Source: Clostridia bacterium | Lineage (GTDB): Bacteria; Bacillota; Clostridia; Christensenellales; CAG-138 | Direction of reading: 5' to 3' | Assembly (NCBI GenBank): GCA_036652795.1 | Contig: JAVVVD010000006.1 | Span: forward strand, 8,164 to 72,163 | Length of the DNA stretch: 64,000 bases | Shown here: positions 1 to 9,113 of the stretch, one piece after another | How positions within the stretch are numbered: the stretch's first letter is position 1 | Layout of the letters: every line of letters starts with the position of its first letter | The notes under the pieces: generated by a model | The model's input: only the letters and a program-made list of their open reading frames with translations | The model's database searches: none | What the model was told of the DNA's origin: nothing | Program-made: the position numbers and the translations under genes

Positions 1-1
1 T

Positions 2-124
2 TTGAATGCGGCTAAGGATTGTGCAATACACCGTTTGCGCCAATGCGAAGCTACGCTTACAAAGGAAAGTCTCGGCAACGACCGAATAATAACGCTCGCG
101 TATGCTGGGAAACGAGAAAAATAA
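2..124 (+). CDS. 3' end of an unidentified gene entering from upstream of the window (...AYAGKREK*)
   Basis: Frame 2 is open from the window edge to TAA at 122-124 and is followed by a hairpin terminator at 157-187. Forty residues are too few to assign a family. Confidence 0.25.
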   Translation: MNAAKDCAIHRLRQCEATLTKESLGNDRIITLAYAGKREK

Positions 125-156
125 AAGTAAACCGGATTACTGTATACCGACATACC

Positions 157-187
157 AAATACGGGCGCTTGCCCGTATTTTGTTGTT
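157..187 (+). terminator. Rho-independent terminator
   Basis: aaatacgggc-gctt-gcccgtattt forms a 10-bp stem, followed by tgttgtt. Confidence 0.6.
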
Positions 188-195
188 AATAAACG

Positions 196-224
196 ACAAA
201 AAGCGCGTAATTACGCGCTTTTTA
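196..224. terminator. Bidirectional hairpin terminator
   Basis: Perfect 20-bp palindrome aagcgcgtaattacgcgctt flanked by an A-run and a T-run. It lies 25 nt beyond the stop of the minus-strand gene at 249. Confidence 0.6.
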
Positions 225-248
225 GCATGATGATTGTCAAAAGTCAGT

Positions 249-1433
249 TTATATTTCAGCAAAATTACTGAAATAGTTTTGCACAAGTACTATAGGAGTA
301 CCCTTATCGCCGCTTCCACTGGTCAAATCACACAGTGAGCCGATAAGATCTACAAGGCGGCGTGGGGTTGTACCCTGTGAGGCCATGGCGCCCATCAGGT
401 TACCACTCTTTTGGCTGATGCGGGTGCGGATGGCTTCCTCAAGCGCTTTGCCGGTAAGCCCTGCAAATTCGTTATCAGCAAGGTATTTGAGCTTGAGCTC
501 ATTTGGCAGGCCGCAAAGTCCATCGGTATATCCGGGCGATACCACCGGATCAGCAAGCTCCCATATCTTGCCAACCGGATCTTTGAAGGCGCCGTCGCCA
601 TATACCATGGCTTCAACGCGCTTGCCGGTACGGCGCATAAGCTCTGCCTGGATTGCCTCAGCGACCGCCTGCGCATTTTTGGGGAAAAGCTTAATTGTAT
701 CCTCAGTGGCCTTGTTGCTTCCAAGCAGGCCGTATTGTGGGTTGAATCCGCTACCGTTTACCGATGCGGACAATATGTCGCACAGCGTGAATACACTTTT
801 TGCGCCGGCAGCGCTTAGCTTGCTGCTGGTACGCTCACGAGTATGAATATCACAACAGAGTACGCTATCGGTATAATCCAGTATGCTCCTGGGATCGTTG
901 GCCAGTATGATCTGCGCCTGTGCGCCCTCTTCTTGGATAATCGACGTATAATATGCTATGTAATCCATCTTGGTAAAGGGATGCAGTGGATTACCAAAGT
1001 GCTTGCGGAAGGTTGGCACATCCAGCACGTCAGTCCAGGGGTTAACGCCGCTTGCCTCCAAAGCATCCTGATCGAGCAGGGCATTGCCAACCTCATCCGC
1101 TGGGTAGCTGAGCTGCACAATCACGTGGTGGGCGCCACGCGCGATACCGCGCAGACATATGGCAAAACGGTTACGGGAGAGTATTGGGAACATTACACCC
1201 ACAGTGCCGCAGGGAAATTTTGCGCGCACATCAGCCGCAATAGCATCCACACTGGCATAATTTCCGTCTGCGCGTGCTACCACAGCTTCTGTAACGCATA
1301 CCACGTCACGGTCGTTGATGGCAAAGCCGTTCTTCTTGGCGGCCGACATTACCGCATCAGCGGTGATTGCCACTATGTCATCCCCTGCGCTGATGATTGG
1401 CGCGGGTATACCACGGGAAATGGTTCCACTCAT
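249..1433 (-). CDS. F420-0:gamma-glutamyl ligase (CofE)-like family protein, long Firmicute form; true substrate unknown
   Basis: 394-aa ORF with AGGAGG 7 nt upstream of the ATG. The layout resembles COG1478/CofE (GDDIVAITADAV..., LLGSNKATEDTIKLFP, MVYGDGAFKDPVGKIWELADP, GDKGTPIVLV). The family call is by eye only. Confidence 0.5.
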   Translation of the reverse strand: MSGTISRGIPAPIISAGDDIVAITADAVMSAAKKNGFAINDRDVVCVTEAVVARADGNYASVDAIAADVRAKFPCGTVGVMFPILSRNRFAICLRGIARGAHHVIVQLSYPADEVGNALLDQDALEASGVNPWTDVLDVPTFRKHFGNPLHPFTKMDYIAYYTSIIQEEGAQAQIILANDPRSILDYTDSVLCCDIHTRERTSSKLSAAGAKSVFTLCDILSASVNGSGFNPQYGLLGSNKATEDTIKLFPKNAQAVAEAIQAELMRRTGKRVEAMVYGDGAFKDPVGKIWELADPVVSPGYTDGLCGLPNELKLKYLADNEFAGLTGKALEEAIRTRISQKSGNLMGAMASQGTTPRRLVDLIGSLCDLTSGSGDKGTPIVLVQNYFSNFAEI

Positions 1434-1722
1434 GATCTTACCTCCTATATATCTTTATAATAATATCAGTGCTGTTGGGGCGCGCCGAGTGCGCTGATTT
1501 TTACCGCCACAGTATATCACGCCGGAAGAACGGCTTCAACACGGCGAGGATATAATAATTCGCTGGATCAACATAAGCGTAGGTTATATGATAATATATT
1601 TATCTAAGCATCGCTTATTCTGATCTTGCATGTGATTGGCGGAGATGCTATCATCATAGGGTTGGATAAAATGCGGCTGCAGATATTGCTGCCGTTAAAA
1701 ATAAGATTTTTTGGAGGCGACA

Positions 1723-2277
1723 ATGAACGTTACAGACGAAAAAACGGATATCAAGCGGATACTGTTCACAGAGCACCAGATAAAAGAACGCGTAAAGGAG
1801 CTGGGTGCGCAGCTAACTGCGGAATATGCGGATAAGAATCCTGTGGTGGTATGTATTCTTAAAGGTGCATCTTTTTTTTATGCCGATCTATGCCGGGAGC
1901 TTAAATGCAGGATATTTATGGATTTCATCTCCGTATCCAGCTATGGTGAAAACGCGCAGACCACGGGGGTAGTGCGTATAATAAAGGATCTTGATAAAAA
2001 CATAACTGGCCGCCATGTGATAATAGTTGAGGATATAATGGATTCGGGTCTTACAATGAAATATCTCAAGGATTTGTTTGCTTCGCGCAGACCAGCTTCC
2101 ATTAAAACGGTTTGTCTGCTTGATAAGGACGGTAAAACCCAGTGCGAGGCGCGGCTGGATTACTGTGGCTTTAACATACCGGATTGCTTCGTAGTAGGCT
2201 ATGGGCTTGACTATGCGGATTATTATCGAAACCTGCCATATATAGGTGAGCTGAGGGAAGAAGCGTATATGCAATAA
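1723..2277 (+). CDS. hpt: Hypoxanthine phosphoribosyltransferase (copy 1)
   Basis: PRPP-binding loop VIIVEDIMDSGLT and the GYGLDYADYYRNLPYIG tail. GGAGG at 1713-1717 favours the ATG at 1723 over the TTG at 1711. Confidence 0.9.
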   Translation: MNVTDEKTDIKRILFTEHQIKERVKELGAQLTAEYADKNPVVVCILKGASFFYADLCRELKCRIFMDFISVSSYGENAQTTGVVRIIKDLDKNITGRHVIIVEDIMDSGLTMKYLKDLFASRRPASIKTVCLLDKDGKTQCEARLDYCGFNIPDCFVVGYGLDYADYYRNLPYIGELREEAYMQ

Positions 2278-2282
2278 ACATG

Positions 2283-2310
2283 AATATGGCGGCTATACTG
2301 CCGCCATATT
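2283..2310. terminator. Bidirectional terminator between convergent genes
   Basis: aatatggcgg-ctatactg-ccgccatatt, followed by gtttattt. Confidence 0.6.
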
Positions 2311-2316
2311 GTTTAT

Positions 2317-2550
2317 TTAGTCGGTTATCAGATATTGCCGCAATGATTCGTAGTCGCTTGGGTCGCTTACAACAAGCTCCACATTCTGCATACGTGCATC
2401 CTTGAACATCTGGGTCAGCGCGATATACTGGCACAGTGTGGATTTGAGATTAAGCCTATCACCCTCGCTGGTTACCAACTCAACGCGGCCACGGCAGGCG
2501 CCTACAGCTTTAAAAAAATGCTGTGGTTCCACAATGTCCTTTATATACAT
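2317..2550 (-). CDS. Small hypothetical protein (77 aa)
   Basis: ORF with GGAGG 7 nt upstream of the ATG at 2550 (MYIKDIVEPQHFF...). No family recognised. Confidence 0.5.
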   Translation of the reverse strand: MYIKDIVEPQHFFKAVGACRGRVELVTSEGDRLNLKSTLCQYIALTQMFKDARMQNVELVVSDPSDYESLRQYLITD

Positions 2551-2785
2551 GATTTTTCCTCCCAATGCATGATATTTATGATAAAACTAACTTTATAGCA
2601 TCTATGATATTCTGACTGCGATGCTATTCTAGCATAAATAAGTTAGCTTTGCAATTGGATTGAAGCCGCCATTATGCGCACCTTAGCCGAGCGCATTTTG
2701 CCTAATAAGCCCGGAATCACACACATGTGCATTTTTGTAAAATCTTAACTGGTTAAATAAGCGCTTATAGAATAATAGTCATAAA

Positions 2786-2820
2786 GACGCCCTTGCCGAT
2801 TATTAGAATCAGCAAGGGCG
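2786..2820 (-). terminator. Terminator downstream of guaA
   Basis: cgcccttgc(t/c)gat ... atc(g/a)gcaaggcg hairpin 18 nt after the guaA stop, followed on the minus strand by tctttatg. Confidence 0.5.
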
Positions 2821-2837
2821 AAATAGCCTTGGGGGCG

Positions 2838-4361
2838 TTATTCCCACTCTATAGTTCCCGGTGGCTTACTCGTGATATCGTAGACCACACGGTTCACATG
2901 AGGGACCTCCGCTATTATACGCTCCGAAATACCAGCTAGCACCTCATAGGGGAGCCTTGCCCATTCAACAGTCATAGCGTCAGTGCTGGTAACCGCCCGT
3001 ACGCCAATGGCATAATCATAGGTGCGCTGGTCGCCCATTACGCCCACGCTGCGCATTCCGGTGAACACCGTGAAATACTGCCATACCTGCTCGGCAAGGC
3101 CGGCCTTGGCAATTTCATCACGCAGGATAAAGTCGCTGTGGCGCAATATGGCAAGCTTATCCTCGGTGATATCGCCAATAATACGTATTGCAAGTCCTGG
3201 GCCGGGGAACGGCTGCCGCCAAACAAGCTCATGCGGGATACCAAGGCTTTCGCCCAGCACGCGCACCTCATCCTTAAAAAGCATCCTGAGCGGCTCTACA
3301 AGGCCAATAAAACCGATATCCTTTGGTAAACCACCTACATTATGGTGACTTTTTATCTTGGCAGAGCTGTCTGTTCCGCTTTCGATTATATCGGGATATA
3401 TGGTGCCCTGCAAAAGGTATGGGGCGCCACCAAGTTTTTTGGCTTCCTCTTCAAATACGCGGATGAATTCAGTGCCTATTATTTTGCGCTTTTGCTCAGG
3501 CTCAGTAACACCGCTCAGCTTATCCAAAAAGCGCTTCCGCGCATCCACTGCGATCACATTGAGCTTAAGCTTATCCCTGTAAAAGCTAATGACCTCTTTC
3601 GCTTCATTTTGACGCAGCAGGCCATGATCTACAAATATGCATGTTAGCTTATCGCCTACGGCCTTGTGTACGAGCACACTTGCAACGGAGGAGTCAACAC
3701 CACCGCTTAGCGCCCCCAGCACGCGGGCATCGCCAACCTGTGTGCGAATTTGTGAGATCAGCATATCGGCAAGACCCTGAGGCGTATAGTTGCACTCGCA
3801 TTTGCAGATGTTGCGCAGGAAGTTTTTAAATATTTGCATTCCGCCCGGCGTATGAGCTACCTCGGCGTGAAACTGTATGCCGTAAAGGCGGCGCGATTCG
3901 TCTGCAAAGGCCGCACAGCAGTTGCTGGTGTTGGCGATGCAGGAAAAACCATCTGGCAACTTGCTTACGGAATCGTTGTGATTCATCCATACAAAGCCAG
4001 CATCAAGGCCATCTAGCAGCGGATGTGACTGCATGGTAATGGGCGTCTTGCCATATTCGCGCACAGTGGAGGCGGTGATTTCACCGCCAAACATCTTGGC
4101 GATATATTGCATTCCGTAGCATATCCCAAGTATGGGCACGTTAAGGTTGAACACCGCTGGGTCACAGGCCATGGCGTTTTCGGCATACACACTGTCCGGC
4201 CCGCCGGAAAAAACTATGCCCGCGAGAGAATCGCCCTTTATCTGGTCGATGTCCGCTTTGTGCGAAAGCAGCTCGCTGTAAACGCCGGCTTCACGCAGTC
4301 TGCGCGCGATAAGCTGGTTATACTGGCCGCCAAAATCTAATACAACTACTCGCTCCATCAT
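2838..4361 (-). CDS. guaA: GMP synthase (glutamine-hydrolysing)
   Basis: N-terminal class I glutamine amidotransferase (ILGICYGMQ), ATP-PPase P-loop SGGVDSSV, and the conserved C-terminus KPPGTIEWE. Confidence 0.95.
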   Translation of the reverse strand: MMERVVVLDFGGQYNQLIARRLREAGVYSELLSHKADIDQIKGDSLAGIVFSGGPDSVYAENAMACDPAVFNLNVPILGICYGMQYIAKMFGGEITASTVREYGKTPITMQSHPLLDGLDAGFVWMNHNDSVSKLPDGFSCIANTSNCCAAFADESRRLYGIQFHAEVAHTPGGMQIFKNFLRNICKCECNYTPQGLADMLISQIRTQVGDARVLGALSGGVDSSVASVLVHKAVGDKLTCIFVDHGLLRQNEAKEVISFYRDKLKLNVIAVDARKRFLDKLSGVTEPEQKRKIIGTEFIRVFEEEAKKLGGAPYLLQGTIYPDIIESGTDSSAKIKSHHNVGGLPKDIGFIGLVEPLRMLFKDEVRVLGESLGIPHELVWRQPFPGPGLAIRIIGDITEDKLAILRHSDFILRDEIAKAGLAEQVWQYFTVFTGMRSVGVMGDQRTYDYAIGVRAVTSTDAMTVEWARLPYEVLAGISERIIAEVPHVNRVVYDITSKPPGTIEWE

Positions 4362-4933
4362 TCCTCCCTAAATACGATGCAGTTTTCATCGGCACTTTCA
4401 ATAATGGCGAGAGACTGTAGGTTTATGCCCGCCGCGCGCATCTTTGCACCGCCGGGCTGGAAGCCTTTCTCTATCGCCACGCCCATGCCAATGAGCTCTG
4501 CTCCGGCCTGATTCACGATATCCACAAGGCCGCGAAGCGCTTCGCCATTGGCCAGGAAATCATCGATTATAAGCACTTTGTCAGATGAGGTGAGCCACTG
4601 TGTGCTCATAAGGAGCGTAACCTTTTTTTTGTATGTATAGGAAAATATGTCGCTTTGATACAAGCCGCCCTCAATGTTATCAGATTTGGCTTTTTTCGCA
4701 AATATCAGCGGTACGCCGAATTCCTCAGCACAGATGGTGGCAAGCGCTATTCCACTGGCCTCTACGGTAAGCACTGCTGTGATTCCGGTGGCGTCGAAGA
4801 GACGTTTAAATTCATGCGCCATCTCGCGCATTAGCTTGGTGTCCACACGGTGGTTTAAAAATCCGTCTACCTTGATGATGTTGCCCGGCAACACGCGGCC
4901 TTCGCTGCGGATGCGATCCTGAAGCAGCTTCAT
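4358..4933 (-). CDS. xpt: Xanthine phosphoribosyltransferase
   Basis: MKLLQDRIRSEGRVLPGNIIKVDGFLNH... and VLIIDDFLANGEA PRPP loop. AGGAGG lies 7 nt upstream. The stop overlaps the guaA start (ATGA), so this is an xpt-guaA operon. Confidence 0.9.
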   Translation of the reverse strand: MKLLQDRIRSEGRVLPGNIIKVDGFLNHRVDTKLMREMAHEFKRLFDATGITAVLTVEASGIALATICAEEFGVPLIFAKKAKSDNIEGGLYQSDIFSYTYKKKVTLLMSTQWLTSSDKVLIIDDFLANGEALRGLVDIVNQAGAELIGMGVAIEKGFQPGGAKMRAAGINLQSLAIIESADENCIVFREE

Positions 4934-5218
4934 AAGTTATCCTCCTGCTAAAATAAAATTATATCGAACGCCCTACGGGATGTGCATGGCGTTTTCCAAC
5001 TGTGCATTGTGCATATTATCTCTCAAATCGTCACGCTTAGCAAGCAAAACGGTAATACTTTACTGCACGTTTTACGGCATGTTAACATAAGGCTGGGCAA
5101 AGGTGATTATTTCACATTTTTTTACCTATTTTTTCATCGGCGTAACGCAAATAAATGCTACACTTGCGATGAAAAATAGACATATGGCGATTTACTTACA
5201 AACCGCTGTATGCGTCAA
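4934..5218 (-). promoter_or_regulatory. Long untranslated leader of xpt-guaA with attenuator-like hairpin and TGTGCAT repeats; regulatory class unresolved
   Basis: There are 309 nt between the divergent xpt and clpB starts. On the minus strand, hairpin AACGCC-N15-GGCGTT plus a U-rich run (CGAUAUAAUUUUAUUUU) sits just before the SD. TGTGCAT occurs at 4981, 5001 and 5008. A possible TTGACG -35 lies at 5218-5213. Confidence 0.3.
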
Positions 5219-5242
5219 GTACTTCTGAGGGAGATGATATAT

Positions 5243-7831
5243 ATGGATTTCAACAAATGCACACAAAAAACGATAGCTGCTGTGCAGCAGGCGCAGAGCA
5301 TAGCGGTGGAGCACAGTAATCAGCAGGTAGATAGAGAGCATCTTTTACTTTCACTGCTGCGTGAGGAGGACTCACTCATAGCGAGTCTGCTTACACGTAT
5401 GGACACGGATGTAGAAGCATTGATATCCGCAGTGCAACAGCGTGTTGAGGCGCTGCCGCGCGTTACGGGGAGCCGTGAGGCGGACAAGGTATATATTACA
5501 CCGGAGCTGGATCGTGCGCTTAACGAGGCGCAAAATGCTGCAAAGCGCATGAAGGATGAGTATGTTTCTGTAGAACACGTATTTATCGGCCTGCTGGATA
5601 CTGCAAGCGCGGGGATAGCGGAGCTGTTTAATCGCTTTAAAATTAAGAAGGATGCATTCCTTTTGGTGCTTAGCGATGTGCGTGGCGGCGCAAGGGTAAC
5701 AACGGATACACCTGAGGATACCTATGATGCGCTTGGGAAATATGCGCAGGATCTCGTGGAGCTGGCTAAGCGGCAAAAGCTTGATCCAGTAATAGGCAGG
5801 GACGATGAGGTGCGAAATGTTATACGGATATTATCGCGCAAAACAAAGAACAACCCTGTGCTGATAGGCGAGCCTGGCGTTGGCAAAACGGCCATAGCTG
5901 AAGGGCTTGCACAGCGTATCGTACGTGGCGATGTGCCGGCTTCACTAGCGGAGCGGCGCATATTTTCGCTGGATATGGGCGCATTGATAGCGGGAGCAAA
6001 ATTCCGCGGTGAATTTGAAGAGCGCCTAAAGGCTGTGCTCAATGAAGTTAAGCGCAGCGATGGACGCGTCATACTATTTATAGATGAATTGCACAATATA
6101 GTGGGGGCAGGCAAAACGGAAGGCAGCATGGACGCAGGAAACCTTCTAAAGCCAATGCTTGCGCGCGGAGAGCTACACTGCATAGGCGCTACTACGCTGG
6201 ATGAATACCGCAAATACATCGAAAAGGATGCGGCACTGTCGCGGAGATTCCAGCCTGTGCTTGTGGAAGAACCTACGCTCGAGGATACAATATCGATTTT
6301 GCGTGGATTAAAGGAGCGCTATGAGGTGTTTCACGGCGTAAAAATAAATGATAGCGCACTAATCGCCGCGGCCACGCTTTCACATCGGTATATAAGCGAC
6401 CGCTTTTTGCCTGATAAGGCTATAGATCTTGTGGATGAGGCGTGCGCCTTGATACGCACCGAGATGGATTCCATGCCGACCGAGCTTGATGAGATATCCC
6501 GCCGCATAATGCAGCTTGAGATCGAGGAGGCGGCGCTTACCAAGGAAAACGATAAGCTGGCCGTGGAGCATCTTGCGGAGATACGTGTTCAGCTTGCCAA
6601 GGAGCGCGAGATGTTTGCATCGCTTAAGGCAAAGTGGGATGTTGAGAAGGATTCTATTAAAAATGTGCAGAGTCTGCGTGAGGAGATAGAAAAATTAAAT
6701 GCGGATATGGAGCAAGCGGAGCGTGCATATAACCTGAGCCGTGCGGCGGAGATCAAATATGGTGATATGCCTAAAAAGAAAGCGCAGCTTGCGGAGGCCG
6801 AAAAGCTTTTTGAGGAGGGCAAAACCTCTGGATTATTGCGCGACCGCGTCAGCGAGGAGGAGATAAGCCGCATTGTTGCGCGCTGGACGGGAATACCCGT
6901 GTCAAAGCTGATGGAGGGCGAGCGCGATAAGCTGCTCTCTCTGGATAAACTGCTGCATCAGCGCGTGGTAGGACAGGATGAGGCTGTGCAAACAGTGTGC
7001 GATGCAATACTGCGTACCCGCGCGGGACTAAAGGACCCGAACAAGCCGATAGGCAGTTTCCTGTTTCTTGGCCCGACAGGCGTAGGCAAGACGGAGCTGG
7101 CCAAGGCGCTTGCCGAAGCGCTCTTCGATGATGAAAACAACATGGTGCGCATAGATATGAGCGAATATATGGAAAAGCACGCCGTATCCCGCCTTATAGG
7201 CGCACCTCCGGGATATGTGGGCTACGACGAGGGCGGCCAGCTTACCGAAGCCGTACGCAGACGTCCTTACTGTGTGGTGCTTTTTGATGAGGTGGAAAAG
7301 GCGCATCCGGATGTGTTTAATGTACTGCTTCAGGTGTTGGATGATGGCCGTATAACGGATGCTCAGGGGCGCACGGTGGATTTTAAAAATACTGTAATCG
7401 TGATGACGAGCAACCTTGGCTCAGCCTATATTTTGGATGGTATAAAGGATGGATGCATCACGGATGAAGCAAAATCCAGCGTGGATGAGCTGCTCAAGCA
7501 GAGCTTCAGACCGGAATTTCTCAACAGGATAGACGATATCGTGTTCTACAAGCCGCTTTCAAGACAGGAGATATATTCAATCACTGAATTGCTTTTGGAC
7601 GATATCAGAAAGCGTATGGCTGAGCGCAGACTGGGAGTTTCGCTTACAGATGCCGCTAAACGCTATATCGCGGATACCGGCTACGACCCGCTGTACGGCG
7701 CGCGCCCGCTAAAGCGCCTGCTTTCATCAAAGCTTGAAACGCTGCTAGCGCGCACCATAATAGAAACCGATCCGGAGCCTGATACGCACTTTACTGTGGA
7801 TTTTGATGGTGAAAAGCTTATTGTGAAATAG
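5243..7831 (+). CDS. clpB: ATP-dependent chaperone/disaggregase ClpB
   Basis: Two AAA+ modules ([20 protein letters not shown]) with a long coiled-coil middle domain. GAGGGAG lies upstream of the ATG at 5243 (MDFNKCTQK...). Confidence 0.95.
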   Translation: MDFNKCTQKTIAAVQQAQSIAVEHSNQQVDREHLLLSLLREEDSLIASLLTRMDTDVEALISAVQQRVEALPRVTGSREADKVYITPELDRALNEAQNAAKRMKDEYVSVEHVFIGLLDTASAGIAELFNRFKIKKDAFLLVLSDVRGGARVTTDTPEDTYDALGKYAQDLVELAKRQKLDPVIGRDDEVRNVIRILSRKTKNNPVLIGEPGVGKTAIAEGLAQRIVRGDVPASLAERRIFSLDMGALIAGAKFRGEFEERLKAVLNEVKRSDGRVILFIDELHNIVGAGKTEGSMDAGNLLKPMLARGELHCIGATTLDEYRKYIEKDAALSRRFQPVLVEEPTLEDTISILRGLKERYEVFHGVKINDSALIAAATLSHRYISDRFLPDKAIDLVDEACALIRTEMDSMPTELDEISRRIMQLEIEEAALTKENDKLAVEHLAEIRVQLAKEREMFASLKAKWDVEKDSIKNVQSLREEIEKLNADMEQAERAYNLSRAAEIKYGDMPKKKAQLAEAEKLFEEGKTSGLLRDRVSEEEISRIVARWTGIPVSKLMEGERDKLLSLDKLLHQRVVGQDEAVQTVCDAILRTRAGLKDPNKPIGSFLFLGPTGVGKTELAKALAEALFDDENNMVRIDMSEYMEKHAVSRLIGAPPGYVGYDEGGQLTEAVRRRPYCVVLFDEVEKAHPDVFNVLLQVLDDGRITDAQGRTVDFKNTVIVMTSNLGSAYILDGIKDGCITDEAKSSVDELLKQSFRPEFLNRIDDIVFYKPLSRQEIYSITELLLDDIRKRMAERRLGVSLTDAAKRYIADTGYDPLYGARPLKRLLSSKLETLLARTIIETDPEPDTHFTVDFDGEKLIVK

Positions 7832-7845
7832 TGCGCAATAAAAAA

Positions 7846-7882
7846 ATAGTGGGCTGTCCGAAATTTTCGGATAGCCCACTAT
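7846..7882. terminator. Bidirectional terminator between clpB and the UPF0316 gene
   Basis: atagtgggctgtccg-aaatttt-cggatagcccactat, preceded by an A-run. Confidence 0.75.
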
Positions 7883-7894
7883 TGCGTATAAAGT

Positions 7895-8485
7895 CTATTT
7901 TGTTATCCGCCTTGCGCGGCGTGTTGCGGAGCTGCGCAGGTATCCACCCTTTTGTGTTTTAACATCGCTCACGGTCACAACGGCGCTAGGCACTGCTTTT
8001 TGGATGATTGAGAGCGCCTCGTTGGCAAGTTTACGCTTGATTGTGGTAAGCAGCATATAGTGCTGATCGTCCAGCCCCTGTATTATCAGCTGGCTCACGC
8101 CAAAGCCTTCCTTGCGCAGCGCCTTTGCAAGCAGATATGATTCATCCTGCGTCATTACAATGGCCTGCACAGAGCAAAGGCCGAATGCAAGCCGCTCTTC
8201 AAGCCGGCTGCCGAAGTAGTTGCCGGATGCGAAAGCGAAGGAAAACACCAATATCTTAAATACATCTTCCTGATAGCCAACAAGCACGCAGCCTGTAACT
8301 ATTAGCCACAGCAACATTTCAAAGAAGGCGATGATGCCACCCATAAGCCGCTCGCCGCGGTTTATTAGCACTATGCGCACCGTTGCAGCCACAACTTCTG
8401 CGAATTTGCCGAAGAAGATGAACAGATACACCCATATGGTGCTTCCGCTGGCAAACTCTGTCAGCTTTAAAAAGAATTCATTCAT
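7895..8485 (-). CDS. UPF0316 family membrane protein (DUF5698 + DUF2179)
   Basis: Three to four N-terminal TM helices plus a soluble C-terminal domain. The size and layout match YebE-like UPF0316. GGAGG lies upstream. Confidence 0.6.
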   Translation of the reverse strand: MNEFFLKLTEFASGSTIWVYLFIFFGKFAEVVAATVRIVLINRGERLMGGIIAFFEMLLWLIVTGCVLVGYQEDVFKILVFSFAFASGNYFGSRLEERLAFGLCSVQAIVMTQDESYLLAKALRKEGFGVSQLIIQGLDDQHYMLLTTIKRKLANEALSIIQKAVPSAVVTVSDVKTQKGGYLRSSATRRARRITK

Positions 8486-8513
8486 AAATATTAACCTCCT
8501 CAGGTTTTTTGCT

Positions 8514-8552
8514 TAAAAATAGCTGTCAGCATGGGGTTGCCATGCTGACAGC
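8514..8552 (-). terminator. Terminator of the SRP RNA gene
   Basis: GCUGUCAGCAUGG-CAACC-CCAUGCUGACAGC (13-bp stem) followed by UAUUUUU on the minus strand. A second small hairpin (GGGGA-GCUCGU-UCCCC) lies just upstream. Confidence 0.8.
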
Positions 8553-8579
8553 GGGGAACGAGCTCCCCTAAAAAATTAT

Positions 8580-8848
8580 GCCGCGCACCCGCTTGTCGAC
8601 AAAACACTTCCGGGCGGAACCCCGGTAGGTAGCTCGGACCAGGCGCACCCGCGGCACACCGGTTTTTCCGCTTAATGCTGCTTCCGTCAGGATCTGACAT
8701 GGTTCACGGACGCCGGTTGCACGGGACCCAGCCGTCAACACCCCTTACCGGTACCAAACCCCACAAGCGCTTGCCTCAAAGCGGGAATTAGACCCTGCTG
8801 TAGCGGATTGCAGGTACAGGACACCGCTAACTTCCCGCTTAGCGCGGC
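8580..8848 (-). ncRNA. ffs: Signal recognition particle RNA, long Bacillus/Clostridium type with Alu domain
   Basis: The minus strand reads GCCGCGCUAAGCGGGAAGUUAGCGGUGUCCUGUACCUGCAAUCCGCUACAGCAGGGU... then ...CCAUGUCAGAUCCUGACGGAAGCAGCAUUAAGCGGAAAAACCGGUGUGCCGCGGGU. This is nearly collinear with B. subtilis scRNA, including the domain IV GGAAGCAGC motif. The 5' and 3' ends pair (GCCGCG/GCGCGGC). End coordinates are +/-5 nt. Confidence 0.9.
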
Positions 8849-8861
8849 AAACTGGTTGACT

Positions 8862-8891
8862 AATATCATGCACATCATCAATAATATGCAA
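8862..8891 (-). promoter_or_regulatory. Candidate promoter for the SRP RNA
   Basis: TTGCAT (8891-8886), an 18-nt spacer, then GATATT (8867-8862), about 14 nt before the first paired SRP RNA nucleotide. The -10 is only a moderate match. Confidence 0.3.
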
Positions 8892-8954
8892 AGCTATACT
8901 TTTATATTCTAAACCACATTAAGTTTTTATGCAACATCAATATGTGAATAGATA

Positions 8955-8989
8955 GAAAACAAAAAACAGCTCCCATTATCTGGGAGCTG
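8955..8989 (-). terminator. Terminator downstream of the queG-like gene
   Basis: On the minus strand, CAGCUCCCA-GAUAA-UGGGAGCUG is followed by UUUUUUGUUUUC. Confidence 0.65.
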
Positions 8990-9113
8990 CTGAATCTTGG
9001 GTTGGTACTGAAAGGGGATTCAGCGCCATTGCCATGTTTCACTTGCAGATTTATTATAACCCATCATACGGGAAAAATCATCACAAAAATGTTACATAAT
9101 TCTCAAAGTTGTG

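Noticed and set aside
4961-4976. PurR PurBox-like sequence (ATATCGAACG) near the xpt SD
   Set aside because: It matches only part of AWWWCCGAACWWT (one C is missing) and there is no second inverted box.
4950-5110. Canonical guanine/purine riboswitch upstream of xpt
   Set aside because: Only short fragments (AUAAUC, CCGUAAA) match. The L2 AUAUGG and J2/3 GUUUCUACC elements and a convincing P1/P2/P3 junction are absent by eye. I kept it as an unresolved leader rather than calling a riboswitch.
5040-5242. CIRCE (TTAGCACTC-N9-GAGTGCTAA) or CtsR (GGTCAAA repeats) operator upstream of clpB
   Set aside because: Neither consensus is present. Only a generic inverted repeat (CGCAA-N13-TTGCG within a longer TTTTCATCG/CGATGAAAA stem) is seen.
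8500-8700. 66-aa minus-strand ORF
   Set aside because: It lies entirely within the SRP RNA gene and its terminator hairpins, has no SD, and has GC-rich RNA-like composition.
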